Both the position numbers and the translations under genes were made by a program. A stretch of DNA of 64,000 nt from Lentisphaeria bacterium (lineage in GTDB: Bacteria > Verrucomicrobiota > Lentisphaeria > JABSQK01 > JAWLHB01), in the NCBI GenBank assembly GCA_041690595.1, contig JAWLHB010000036.1:1-64000 (forward strand), read 5' to 3'. This document shows, in pieces, positions 42,054 through 52,009 of the stretch (the stretch's first letter is position 1; the number at the start of each line of letters is the position of its first letter). Under the pieces are notes generated by a model, which was given only the letters and a program-made list of their open reading frames with translations, did no database searches and was not told where the DNA came from.

Positions 42054-43379
42054 ATGAGTGGACTGAGTGAGCGGATGCGGCGGTTTGCGGGGGAGTATGT
42101 GAAGGATTTCTGCGCGGCGAAGGCGGCGCTGCGGGCGGGATACTCGGAGTCGTTTGCGAAGGCGAGGGCCTTCGAGTTGCTGCAGGATGGTCGGGTGCGG
42201 CTGCTGGTGCGGGAGTTGGTGGCGGGGGAGAAGGCGGCGCTGGAGTCGACGGAGGGGGTGCGGGTTCCGTCGATGATGGAGCTTGCGGGGGTGCTGGGAA
42301 CACTGGCGACAACGTCGCTGGCTGATGTGATGCTGCCCAATGGCGAGGTGGATCGGTCGTCGCCGGCGGTGCGTGGGGTGCGCTGGGTGAAGGATGGTGA
42401 TGGGGGGCTGATGCAGGAGCCGGTGATGTATGACCGGCTGCGGGCGGCGAAGGATTATGTGAAGGTGATGGAGAGCGTGCAGATGGTGGAGGGGAATGGA
42501 CTGAGCATGCAGATGGATGCGGAGAGCTGGCTGATTCATGTACTGGGGTTCGGGTGGGAGGAGAAGGCGCGGGTGGTGGAGCGCGTGGTGACACAGACGC
42601 CGCAGGGGGAATCGGTGCGGGTGGTGGTGGAGATGGAGCATGGGACCATGACGGTGTCGAGCAGTCCGCAGACGCAGGGGTATCGGTTTGTGGCGAAGGA
42701 GGTGGAGGAGGCGGAGACACGGGGACGCGGAGACGCGGCGTGGACCGAGGATTCGACCGAGCATTCAACCGAGCACTCGACCGAGCATTCAACCGAGCAC
42801 TCGACCGAGGATTCAACCGAGGATTCAACCGAGGATTCAACCGAGGATTCAACCGAGGATTCAACCGAGGATTCAACCGAGGATTCAACCGAGGATTCGA
42901 CCGAGGATTCAACCGAGGATTCAACCGAGGATTCAACCGAGGATTCGACCGAGGATTCGACCGAGGATTCGACCGAGCATTCAACCGAGGATTCGACCGA
43001 GGATTCGACCGAGCATTCAACCGAGGATTCGACCGAGGATTCGACCGAGGATTCAACCGAGGATTCGACCGAGGATTCGACCGAGCATTCAACCGAGGAT
43101 TCGACCGAGGATTCGACCGAGGATTCAACCGAGGATTCGACCGAGCATTCGAGCTCAGACGCCGGGGAGGGCAATGGCAGGGGCGTTGGGGACAACGGTG
43201 CAAGTCGCGGTCCGGAGAACCTCTCTCGCATTGGGGGGCCTGCAGGGCAGCAACGGCCGGTCGGTGACACCCACGTTGAACGCGGTCGCCGTCCGGAAAG
43301 CACCCCGAAGAGGAATAGAGCGCCCGCCGGGGAGTTTTATGCTTCGCGCAGGAGAGAGGAGATGCTGTTCTGGAAATGA
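42054..43379 (+). CDS. Terminase small subunit-like protein with acidic repeat tail
   Basis: LSERMRRFAGEYVKDFCAAKAALRAGYS..A.ELL resembles the Terminase_2 HTH. GGAGG RBS and upstream TTGACT-16-TATGTT. Confidence 0.7.
   Translation: MSGLSERMRRFAGEYVKDFCAAKAALRAGYSESFAKARAFELLQDGRVRLLVRELVAGEKAALESTEGVRVPSMMELAGVLGTLATTSLADVMLPNGEVDRSSPAVRGVRWVKDGDGGLMQEPVMYDRLRAAKDYVKVMESVQMVEGNGLSMQMDAESWLIHVLGFGWEEKARVVERVVTQTPQGESVRVVVEMEHGTMTVSSSPQTQGYRFVAKEVEEAETRGRGDAAWTEDSTEHSTEHSTEHSTEHSTEDSTEDSTEDSTEDSTEDSTEDSTEDSTEDSTEDSTEDSTEDSTEDSTEDSTEDSTEHSTEDSTEDSTEHSTEDSTEDSTEDSTEDSTEDSTEHSTEDSTEDSTEDSTEDSTEHSSSDAGEGNGRGVGDNGASRGPENLSRIGGPAGQQRPVGDTHVERGRRPESTPKRNRAPAGEFYASRRREEMLFWK
42744..43151 (+). repeat. 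12-bp VNTR, 34 units, encoding TEDS/TEHS
   Basis: ACCGAG(G/C)A(T/C)TC(A/G), 408 bp, in frame with the TerS-like ORF. Confidence 0.95.
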
Positions 43380-43430
43380 GACGAAGAGTGATGTAGGTTT
43401 GCAGAGTCCATAAATTTTAAGGAGGATACC

Positions 43431-45797
43431 ATGTTGCGTCTGATGCTTACACTTTGTGTTCTGGCTTTGTTTGCTTTCTGCACGGGTGCTCAGGTTGTGC
43501 TTGTGGAGAATGGGGAGGCGCGTTGTGCGATCCATGTATCGGCGGAGATCATGGCGGAGAACATCGCGTTGGCTTCTACGGTGCCCGCTATCGAGCGGCA
43601 GGCGGAGACGCATCGGCAGCGGTTGCGAGAGTCGGTGCGGGATCTGGCGGTGTATCTGGAGCGCATGTCGGGGGCGCCGATCGCGATCATCGAGGGGCCT
43701 CCGGAGGCCGGCAGCGCACACCTGCCGCTGCTCATCGGCGAGCTGGCGGAAGCGCGCTTCGGAGCGACGGGGCAGCGTTCGTTTTTCAAGCAGGGCTGGC
43801 GGCTGGTGGTGAGCCCGCGGGGTCTGGGGTTCATGGGGGAGAGCGATGAGTCGGCGAGTTATGCGATTTATGAGCTTCTCGATCGGCTGGACTGCCGCTG
43901 GTTCATTCCCGGGGAGATGGGTGAAGTCGTTCCTGAGATGGGGACGGTATCGGTGGCGGAAGTGGACGTATCGGCTCTGCCCAGTACGCCGAACCGGAGG
44001 ATCTGGTACGCAAGTGCTGACTATATGCGGCGCAATCGTCTGGGTGGCTTTGTGGTATCGGCGGGTCACGCTCTGGACACGTACATCGCGAAGGATAAGC
44101 TGGCGGCGAATCCGGAGCTGAATGCGGAGCAGAGCGGGAAGCGCAACATCGACAGCGGCTTTCTGTGCTGGGGGAATCCGGCGACCGCCGAGGCCGTGGC
44201 GGAGAGTATCATCGCGAGGCTGGACAAGCAGTATGTCCCCTCCGTATCGCTTTCCCCGAAGGACGGGGTAGCCTTCTGCGAGTGCGAGGTGTACTGCAAG
44301 CCGCTGGATGCGGGCGATTACGATCCGACGATGGACACGATCTCCATCACGGACCGCTACATCGTGTTCTGCAACCGGATTGTGGAGCGGGTGGTGGCGA
44401 AATATCCAGACGTGCAGTTTGGCTTTCTGGCGTATGTGCAGTACACGCGGCCGCCGGTTCGTGAGATCCCCCACCCTAACCTTGTCCCGGAGATCGCGCC
44501 GATCACCTACTGTCGCGCACATGCCATGACGGCGGACAACTGCCCGTCGCGGGCGATTCTCAAGCCGATCGTGGAAGGGTGGCGCAAGGTGACGAAGCGG
44601 TTCGCCTACTACAACTACATGTTCCATCTGGCGGAGGTCGCAGTGCCCTACCCGATGATCCGGCAGATGAGCGATGAGCTGCCGGTCATTTACGGCGGGC
44701 CGGCCGAAGTCTTCTGGCAACCGGAGACAATGACGAATTTCGAGAGCGTGCTGCCGGGGATGTGGCTCACCATCCGGACGGCCTGGAATAACAGTTTGAA
44801 GGCGGAGGAGGTGCTCGATGACTTTTTCACGCGGTTCCATGGGGCCGCTGGTGAACCGATGCGGCGCTACTGGCAGGTTATCGATGATGCGTGGAACGAT
44901 GTACCTGAGCATGCGGGCTGCAGTTGGGGATACGCGGCGCGCTTCACGCCGGAGGTGATGCAGGCGGCCCGGGCGGCGATGGACGAGGCGATTGCCGCGG
45001 CGGCCACCCCGATGGAGTATCGCCGGGTAAGGTTGTTCGACGACTCGCTGCGACAGTTCGAACTCTTCATGAAGATGCGTTGGGATCTGGCCGGCGGCAC
45101 TGTCGGGATGCTGCACGTGCAGGCGCTCTCGTGGATGGGTACGCAGATCGGTCTTGGGGATCGGTATGCGGAGAATTATGCTTTTGGGAAGGTTGGCTGG
45201 AGTTCCGTCGGGAACATCGGGGCGGGTTACTTTGCGGCCTTCAATCAGGCTACGTACGAGGACATCGGGGAACGCATCGGGCGGGGCGGCAAGTTTGTGC
45301 TGGTCAATCGCACACCGGTACGGGAATGGCGCTACCAGATGATCCAGCTTCCCCAGAAGGAGGCAGCTACGGGGGTTGCGACGGGTGAGGCTAATGGCTG
45401 GCATGCCGCCGATTTTGCCGACGCGGAGTGGCCGACGACGGATGTCGCGGTGGATACGTGGTCGACGCTGGGGCAGCTCGGCAAGTATGGGACCATGTGG
45501 TATCGCGCCACGGTCAAGGTGCCCGCCATACCGGACGGCAAGCGGGTCTACCTCTGGATGGCGGCCACGGACGGGAGCGTGAAGCTCTTTGTGAACGGGC
45601 AGCACGTTTCCTATGTCCAAGCTGACGGTACGGCGGTGGATGCGGTCACCGGCTATGCGAAGCCTTTCTCCTTCGACGTGACGGAGTTGCTGAAGGCGGG
45701 CGACAATCAGCTGAGTATTGCCGGGAGCCGTCTCTTCATCAACGAGCTTGGCACTGGCGGCCTGCTGGGCCCGATCTATCTCTACCGCGACCGGTGA
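43431..45797 (+). CDS. Secreted DUF4838-like protein with C-terminal GH2-type sugar-binding domain
   Basis: Signal peptide, AIYELL..LDCRWF.PG, FCECEVYC, FLAY..YTRPP and C-terminal WYR..VNG..GDN. Confidence 0.75.
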   Translation: MLRLMLTLCVLALFAFCTGAQVVLVENGEARCAIHVSAEIMAENIALASTVPAIERQAETHRQRLRESVRDLAVYLERMSGAPIAIIEGPPEAGSAHLPLLIGELAEARFGATGQRSFFKQGWRLVVSPRGLGFMGESDESASYAIYELLDRLDCRWFIPGEMGEVVPEMGTVSVAEVDVSALPSTPNRRIWYASADYMRRNRLGGFVVSAGHALDTYIAKDKLAANPELNAEQSGKRNIDSGFLCWGNPATAEAVAESIIARLDKQYVPSVSLSPKDGVAFCECEVYCKPLDAGDYDPTMDTISITDRYIVFCNRIVERVVAKYPDVQFGFLAYVQYTRPPVREIPHPNLVPEIAPITYCRAHAMTADNCPSRAILKPIVEGWRKVTKRFAYYNYMFHLAEVAVPYPMIRQMSDELPVIYGGPAEVFWQPETMTNFESVLPGMWLTIRTAWNNSLKAEEVLDDFFTRFHGAAGEPMRRYWQVIDDAWNDVPEHAGCSWGYAARFTPEVMQAARAAMDEAIAAAATPMEYRRVRLFDDSLRQFELFMKMRWDLAGGTVGMLHVQALSWMGTQIGLGDRYAENYAFGKVGWSSVGNIGAGYFAAFNQATYEDIGERIGRGGKFVLVNRTPVREWRYQMIQLPQKEAATGVATGEANGWHAADFADAEWPTTDVAVDTWSTLGQLGKYGTMWYRATVKVPAIPDGKRVYLWMAATDGSVKLFVNGQHVSYVQADGTAVDAVTGYAKPFSFDVTELLKAGDNQLSIAGSRLFINELGTGGLLGPIYLYRDR

Positions 45798-45915
45798 GCC
45801 ATGTCGAGCCTGCCGAGATTGGGCCTTGTGGTAGTGCGCGCTGATCCTTGATTTCGTACAGGTTTCGCGTACTTTGCCACAGAGCTTCCTCACCCGTTAC
45901 ATTGGAAGGAGAGTT

Positions 45916-47016
45916 ATGAACGGCGCCATCGACCGCATTCAGGTTCAGGGTTTCAAGTCCATCCGCGAGGCGGACATCGGCTTGCGCGGCCTCAACGTGC
46001 TCATCGGCCCCAATGGCGTTGGCAAGTCGAACTTCATTGGCTTGTTCAAGCTGATCAACACCATCATCGAGCGCCGGTTGCAGGTATATGTGGGAACCTC
46101 TGGAGGAGCGGGTGGGCTGTTGCACTTCGGCAGGAAGAGCACGCCAAGCATGCGAATCGATCTTACGTTCTCGAACGCCGTCAACGGGTATCATTGTCAA
46201 TTGACTGGCACGGATGAAGATTCGTTGATCTTTGGAGAGGAATCGACGTGGTTTCGCGACAAGGAGAAGGATGGCCGGCCCTATTCGTCAGATCTGGGGG
46301 GAGGGCATAAGGAAACGCGACTGGTGGATGCGAATCGGATCCCTGGGCAGGAGGTTGCGAACCCTATAGTAGCCGCCATGCAAAGCTGGCGCATCTACCA
46401 TTTTCATGACACCAGCCCGGAAGCAAAGATGAAACAGGCATGCGACGTACATGACAACCGGATCTTGAAAGGGGACGCTTCCAATCTTGCCGCCATGCTT
46501 TACCTGCTCCGCCAGCAAAGCCCGGCCCACTACCGGAACATCGTGGATGCCGTCCGAATGGTCGCGCCGTTTGTGGAAGATCTGGTTCTGGAACCGCTGG
46601 CGCTGAATCAGCAGATGATCCGGCTGGAGTGGAAGGAACGGGGAAATGATCACGTCTTCGGTCCGGGCGCGCTTTCGGATGGCACTCTGCGGTTCATCTG
46701 CCTGGCGACCCTACTCCTGCAGCCGCGTCTGCCCAGCACCATCCTCCTCGACGAACCCGAACTGGGGCTGCATCCGTATGCAATTACCATTCTGGCGGAG
46801 TTGCTGCGCGGGGCCGCGACCAAGACTCAGGTGATCGCGTCCACCCAGTCCGTGAGCCTGGTGAATCAGTTTGAACCCGCGGACGTGCTCATTGTGGAGC
46901 GGGAAGCCGGGCAAAGTGTTTTCAAGCGTCTGGAGCAGGGTGCGATGGATTCATGGTTGGAAGATTACGGCCTCGGAGAGCTGTGGGAGAAGAACCTGCT
47001 GGGAGGTCGTCCGTGA
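45916..47016 (+). CDS. ABC-type ATPase (AAA_21/AAA_15-like)
   Basis: GFKSI, GPNGVGKSN, LSDGTLR, LLDEPELGLHP and STQS motifs. Confidence 0.9.
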   Translation: MNGAIDRIQVQGFKSIREADIGLRGLNVLIGPNGVGKSNFIGLFKLINTIIERRLQVYVGTSGGAGGLLHFGRKSTPSMRIDLTFSNAVNGYHCQLTGTDEDSLIFGEESTWFRDKEKDGRPYSSDLGGGHKETRLVDANRIPGQEVANPIVAAMQSWRIYHFHDTSPEAKMKQACDVHDNRILKGDASNLAAMLYLLRQQSPAHYRNIVDAVRMVAPFVEDLVLEPLALNQQMIRLEWKERGNDHVFGPGALSDGTLRFICLATLLLQPRLPSTILLDEPELGLHPYAITILAELLRGAATKTQVIASTQSVSLVNQFEPADVLIVEREAGQSVFKRLEQGAMDSWLEDYGLGELWEKNLLGGRP

Positions 47017-47570
47017 GTTTCCGCACCACCAAGCGGGTCAATTCGGGGGGCAAATTCAAGGGTGGGGTTCCGTCGTATGGCAAAGTGAGGGGCGAGGTGG
47101 TTCGCCTGCTTGGAGACTCGAGCGCCGTGATGGTGACAACCATGCTGGACTATTACGGCTTACCGCCCACTTTTCCTGGTCGGGCCGCGCCTATCGGCGC
47201 CACCTGCGAGGAAAGAGTCTCCTTTGTGGAAGAGAGGTGGACGGCAGAGATCGGGGATCGACGGTTTCGTGCTCATCTGTCGCTGCATGAGTTTGAGGCT
47301 CTGTTGTTTTCGGACCCTGCTGCTATTGCTGCTGGTTTCGCCAATCCGGAGCTTGCCCAAGAGCTGACATCGATTCGCGCTTCATTTCGGACTCCCGAGG
47401 AGATCAATGACCGGCCAGAAAGCGCTCCATCGGCGCGCCTGAGAGCCCTGTATCCGCGATACAGTAAGCCATTCTTCGGCACACTGATCGCCGGCAGAAT
47501 CGGATTGGAGACCATGATCGCTCAATGCCCACACTTCGCGCGCTGGGTCGATTTTCTCAAGTCCCTATGA
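47013..47570 (+). pseudogene. DUF4276-family protein, apparently N-terminally deleted
   Basis: KGG, TTMLDYYGLP, HEFEALLF, PEEIND and CPHFARW motifs. GTGA coupling. The leading VEG strand is missing. Confidence 0.6.
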
Positions 47571-47593
47571 CGGCTTGCCTCAAACCTCAGTGT

Positions 47594-50500
47594 TCAGTCG
47601 GGAGCGCGGCTGAGCCAGCGGAGCTGCTGGAGTTCGGCGGTTTGCATGGCACCGCGGAAGCGGGCGGCGGCGTCGGCATCGAGGCGGCCGTAGATGGCGT
47701 AGGCGAGGGGAAGAACCTTGCGGTTGGTGGTGCTCTGGAGGAAGGTTTCGAGCTGGGCCATGGCCTCGGGGTCGGGGTCGGCGAGGCTCTCGCTGAAGAA
47801 GCGCAGATCGTGCTCGACCTGGGCTTCGACTTCCTGGATCTGGCGGTAATCGTTGAGCAGCATCTTGCGCTGCCTGGGGGTCAGCTTGAAGGAGACGCCG
47901 CCATAGAGGTCGCTGTGCAGGGAGCGGCGGCCGCTGCGGAGGCGGGTGCGGCGATCGAGGGTATCGCTGTAGACGGGGAGGGCTTCGGCGAGGGCGGAGG
48001 TTTGGCCGAGGCTGACGAGGGCGGTCATGCCGAGCAGCTTCTCTTCGCCGCCTTTGCGCAGGTAGGTGGCGATCGCCGGCATGTTGTCGGGAGTGCCGCT
48101 TCTGGCCAGGCCAATGAGGGCTTCGCGGCGCGCTTTGGGATCCTCGTCCTCGAGGCCGACTTCGAGCATCGCGGCATACTTGCTATCGCCGGCGAGGCCG
48201 AGAATCTGGTAACCGGCGGCTCGGAGGAAGGGGTGGCGGGCCTTGATCAGCTTCGTTCCCAGCGGGGCGAAGGAGTCGTCGAAGTAGCTTTGCAGGGTGG
48301 GCAGCAGTTGGCCAAGGAGATCGATATCTTCGATCTTGTCGGCATTGTCGACAATGGCTTCGAGCAGGACTCGGGCGCTGTCCTGGTCGACAACGTTAAT
48401 CTGGGCCTCGCGGAGGTTATCGGTGAACTGGCGGCTGGTCATGTCGATGGAACTCATCAGCAGCTCGACAGGCTGGATCTTCTCCTGGTCGACCTGGCGG
48501 AGTTGTCGGCGGACGTCGCTCACATCGAGGTATCCTTCGCCAAGCCAGTCGAGGCAGGCAGCGAGCAGGCGGGGCCACTGTGGCCACTGCCAATAGCCGA
48601 TCGCCTGCGGGGGAAGGTCGCCATGGGGGTTCATGAGCACGGTGATGATCCTGCCCGTTCCGTATCGACTGGCGACGATGGCTGGCTGGCCGCCGACGGT
48701 GACCAGCACCTTGGCCCCATCCTTAAGCGGGGAGGTGTCGACGGCGGCGGCAACGGGAGGCCGGCTCCACTCTACCTTGTCACCGAAGAAGTCGGCGTCG
48801 GCCACCGCCAGGGTCATCCCGGCGTCGTCGCGCTTCATGCAGTCGAAGCGGGTGATCCGTACGGGGAGCAGCTCGCCGATGGAGGAGTTGTGGTCGGCGC
48901 CCATGGAGAGGTTGCTGTAGCCGCCAAAGACGAGGAGGCCGCCGCCAGCATTGACGAAATCGGCAGCCATGATGCGTCGCCGGCTTCCGAGGTAGGAGGC
49001 GTGCAGGTTGTCGAGGACGAGGACATCGCAGGCGAGCAGCTCGTCGTAGGTATCGGGGAAGCTGTCCATGCATCCGGCGTCGCGCAGTTTGAAGCCGACG
49101 AGGTCGACCCAGGAGGGGCTGAAGCGGCCGCCGCCATGGATGCCGAGGGCGCTTTCGACGGGGTTGTGCCAACTGAAGGGACCGCGGGCATGGTGAACGT
49201 CGAGAATGCCGTTGCGCACCAGGGCGATCTGCTCCGGGCGTTCCAGGCTGGCCTCTATCTCGAGGTCGCGATTTGCTTGCCTCGCATAGTCCTTGTAGGC
49301 GGGGAGCTCCGTTGCCGGGACTTCGCTCGGCCCGATGCCGGCTTTGGCCCGCGCTTCGGCGTCGATCCTGGCCTGGGCCTCCTTTTGCTCCGCCAGCACC
49401 ATGGCCGCATCCTCGACGGGGGTGGTCAGCGCATAGGCAGGGCGCGGTGCATCGGCAAGGTCGAAGGCGACGATGCTCCAAGTATGCAGGGTGGGCAGGA
49501 GCACCTCCGCGAGGTCGCCATTCTGGCGGATCTCGAGGGGCCGGTGCCCTTCCGCGAGGTCGGGCGAAAGCTGGGCCGCACGAATCAGGCGGCTGCCCGG
49601 CGGGAGGCGCAGGGTCACCTGAAGCTCCTTCAGCAGCGGCGGCGGGGCCTGCACCCGATTGGCAAAGGCCGGGTATTGTGGCGGGTTGAAGAGGTTCACC
49701 AGCACCTGCTGGCGACCTTCGGGGAGGGTCCGCAGCCAAGTCGTATGGTCGTACCAGGGGGTGTGTCCTTCGGGCCCCATTCCGACGACGACGTTGACCG
49801 CTTCGCTCGCCGCGGCGAGGCGCGCCGTATCGTCCCAGATGAAGGCGGAGTAGCGGGTCAGGAACTTCGGCAGGGTGCCGTAGGCAAAGTCTCCCGGCGA
49901 GGTGAGGTAGGTGTAGCGCTGGCCGGCGGCGAGGCCGATCAGGACGTTGAGGGTCGTGTCCTGCGGGGAGGCGAGGTCGAAGGTGATGTAGAGAGGGAGG
50001 CCGCCGATGCGCTTGATGTAGTCGGCTTCGCGGGCAAGTGCTTCGTAGAAGGGACGGATGAGGCCGGTGGAGAAGTTGGTGTGGCTCCAGTCGCGGACGC
50101 TTTCGTCCATCATCAGGCCGTGATTGCGGGCGACGGTGTGGAAGTCATCCACGTGCTCGGCTGGGGGGAGGAAGATGTCGCCGCGGGGATTGGCGAAGGC
50201 GATGTTGTAGCCGTGGACGAAGCCTGGAACGGCGGCGTCGAGCATGTCGATGAAGGGTTGCTGGGCGCCGACGAAGTGACCGTCCCAGCGGATGCCGTCC
50301 CAGCCGAACATCCTGACCGAGTCGATGATGCATTCGGCGCCGTAGGTGACGGTGCGGGGATTGGCCCAGTTGGTCCAGAGGCTGGCCCAATGCTGCCAGC
50401 CGCCATCGATGGGCTTGGCATGCAGAAGGTAATCGCCGTCGAGCATCCGCTCGAGATAGAAGACGTTGAAAGCTTCGGAGGGGATGCCCTCGGGCCGGAT

Positions 50501-51784
50501 GTGAAAGATCTCGGGAAAGCGCTGGTAGGTGTCGAAGCCATGAATGCCGCCGGCGCACGACTTACCGTAGGTGATGCCCTTCACCCCCGCCTCATGGGCC
50601 GCATCGAGCAAGTTTTTGAAGCCGCTGATCGAGCCGGGATACTGCGTCTGGCCGGCGAAGAAGATCTCGTTTTCCGGCGCCAGGTAGGAATAGTCGCACG
50701 GAGCCCAGGCAAAGCGCTCGAAGTAATTGGCGTAGGCGGCTTTGTTCCGGCGCATCAACTCACGCGCTTTCTCCATAGTGAAGGCGCGCATGTCCTGCGG
50801 CCCACTACTGGCCGTTACGCCGATGCGGTAGACGTTGGCGCTCACGCCGTACAGGGCTTCATTGGCATGGATCGCGACATCGTCCCGAAGGAGCGTACAG
50901 CGCAGGGCCTGGCCGAACTCACGGGCGCCTGCCGGATAGCTGAAGGTCACCTGCTGAGGCTCCGGCCCCGCCAGGCGCACCTGCCGGCGCTCCACCTCGC
51001 GCAGCTCGTCGAGTTCCGTAATGACCTCGGCCACGAGGGTGTAGGCGCCATCGCCAGCCATGAGGGTAGCCGTCGCCTGCACGGTTTCGCCGGGGCGATA
51101 GTGAATCTTGTCCACCTCCACCTGGCGCACAAGCGCGGTCGGCTGGTTCAGGGGGCGCACGACAATCCTGTCGCAGAGCACCCGCAGGTCGTAGAACTTG
51201 AAGTTGGCGATGCTCTTCTCCTCTTCGAGCAGGTCGAGGACATCGAAGCCGTCGATATCCGCGTCGTCCTTCTTCTTCAGCGGCTCGACCAGATTCTGCT
51301 GGCTGAGGGCCTGTGCCGCCATGGTCTGCTCCTCTTCAGCCGACATGGTCGCCCGCATGCCGTCAAAGCCGGAGGTGCCACCGGCGGAGATGGTCAGGGG
51401 CATGGGCCCGCCGCCGTGGACCAGGCGGATTCGCACCTCGCACCAAGCGTCGCCCGGAGGGAATTGCGTCTGCCCCAGCACCAGCGAGCTATCGCCCGCC
51501 TGCACCTGGACCCGCAGATGATGGAGGACATCGATCGGCGCTGGACGCAGATAGAGCGTCACCTCGTAATCCCCGGCCACCAGCTCCGGCAGCGCCGTCA
51601 GCAACTCCCGCATGCCGCCTTCCTCTTCCAGAAGAACGCCGCCGCACTTTCCGTTGCTCGCCCGGTCGTCACGATAAGCAGCCGCATCTTTGCCGAGGAA
51701 GGCTTCCGCTTCGAGCACCAGTTCCTCCGCGTACAGCGGCAAGGCGAGAAGGATGAGGAGAGCAAGAGTGAACAGTCCGCGCAT
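47594..51784 (-). CDS. Large secreted multidomain protein (glycosidase-like barrel, GATase-like domain, HEAT repeats)
   Basis: Signal peptide MRGLFTLALL, DKIHYRPGE, FGWDGIRWD, DFVNAGGGLLVFGG and C-terminal helical repeats. Confidence 0.65.
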   Translation of the reverse strand: MRGLFTLALLILLALPLYAEELVLEAEAFLGKDAAAYRDDRASNGKCGGVLLEEEGGMRELLTALPELVAGDYEVTLYLRPAPIDVLHHLRVQVQAGDSSLVLGQTQFPPGDAWCEVRIRLVHGGGPMPLTISAGGTSGFDGMRATMSAEEEQTMAAQALSQQNLVEPLKKKDDADIDGFDVLDLLEEEKSIANFKFYDLRVLCDRIVVRPLNQPTALVRQVEVDKIHYRPGETVQATATLMAGDGAYTLVAEVITELDELREVERRQVRLAGPEPQQVTFSYPAGAREFGQALRCTLLRDDVAIHANEALYGVSANVYRIGVTASSGPQDMRAFTMEKARELMRRNKAAYANYFERFAWAPCDYSYLAPENEIFFAGQTQYPGSISGFKNLLDAAHEAGVKGITYGKSCAGGIHGFDTYQRFPEIFHIRPEGIPSEAFNVFYLERMLDGDYLLHAKPIDGGWQHWASLWTNWANPRTVTYGAECIIDSVRMFGWDGIRWDGHFVGAQQPFIDMLDAAVPGFVHGYNIAFANPRGDIFLPPAEHVDDFHTVARNHGLMMDESVRDWSHTNFSTGLIRPFYEALAREADYIKRIGGLPLYITFDLASPQDTTLNVLIGLAAGQRYTYLTSPGDFAYGTLPKFLTRYSAFIWDDTARLAAASEAVNVVVGMGPEGHTPWYDHTTWLRTLPEGRQQVLVNLFNPPQYPAFANRVQAPPPLLKELQVTLRLPPGSRLIRAAQLSPDLAEGHRPLEIRQNGDLAEVLLPTLHTWSIVAFDLADAPRPAYALTTPVEDAAMVLAEQKEAQARIDAEARAKAGIGPSEVPATELPAYKDYARQANRDLEIEASLERPEQIALVRNGILDVHHARGPFSWHNPVESALGIHGGGRFSPSWVDLVGFKLRDAGCMDSFPDTYDELLACDVLVLDNLHASYLGSRRRIMAADFVNAGGGLLVFGGYSNLSMGADHNSSIGELLPVRITRFDCMKRDDAGMTLAVADADFFGDKVEWSRPPVAAAVDTSPLKDGAKVLVTVGGQPAIVASRYGTGRIITVLMNPHGDLPPQAIGYWQWPQWPRLLAACLDWLGEGYLDVSDVRRQLRQVDQEKIQPVELLMSSIDMTSRQFTDNLREAQINVVDQDSARVLLEAIVDNADKIEDIDLLGQLLPTLQSYFDDSFAPLGTKLIKARHPFLRAAGYQILGLAGDSKYAAMLEVGLEDEDPKARREALIGLARSGTPDNMPAIATYLRKGGEEKLLGMTALVSLGQTSALAEALPVYSDTLDRRTRLRSGRRSLHSDLYGGVSFKLTPRQRKMLLNDYRQIQEVEAQVEHDLRFFSESLADPDPEAMAQLETFLQSTTNRKVLPLAYAIYGRLDADAAARFRGAMQTAELQQLRWLSRAPD

Positions 51785-52009
51785 GACGCTTTTCTCCGGC
51801 TGAGGATGGATGCGTGTAGACCGAATAGAATAGTTCAGGGAATGGCGGCTTGCGAGAGATCGCCGGGGAATCTGGCAGCCTGCTCCCCGGCTCTTCCCGC
51901 CTATCGCTGCACAAAAACCGGCTTCGGCCTGTAAATGACGGGCGCCGGGGTTACATTTCATGCTTTGCCAAGGGGCATCGCAATCCGAGAACACCAGGGA
52001 CGCACCGCC

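Noticed and set aside
42024..43413. Alternative-frame repeat proteins (RGFD/RGFN, PRIQ, NPRL, VESS)
   Set aside because: Open only because the 12-mer lacks stops. Only the TEDS frame joins a recognisable domain with an RBS.
41039..47570. Prophage or integrative element around radC/TerS/ATPase
   Set aside because: No integrase, structural genes or att repeats. radC is the full-length form coupled to a housekeeping peptidase gene.
47525..51934. Long antisense ORFs (also 43155-45893, 59203-61131, 18391-20301, 2215-4218)
   Set aside because: Shadow frames of real genes in high-GC DNA, with no recognisable motifs.
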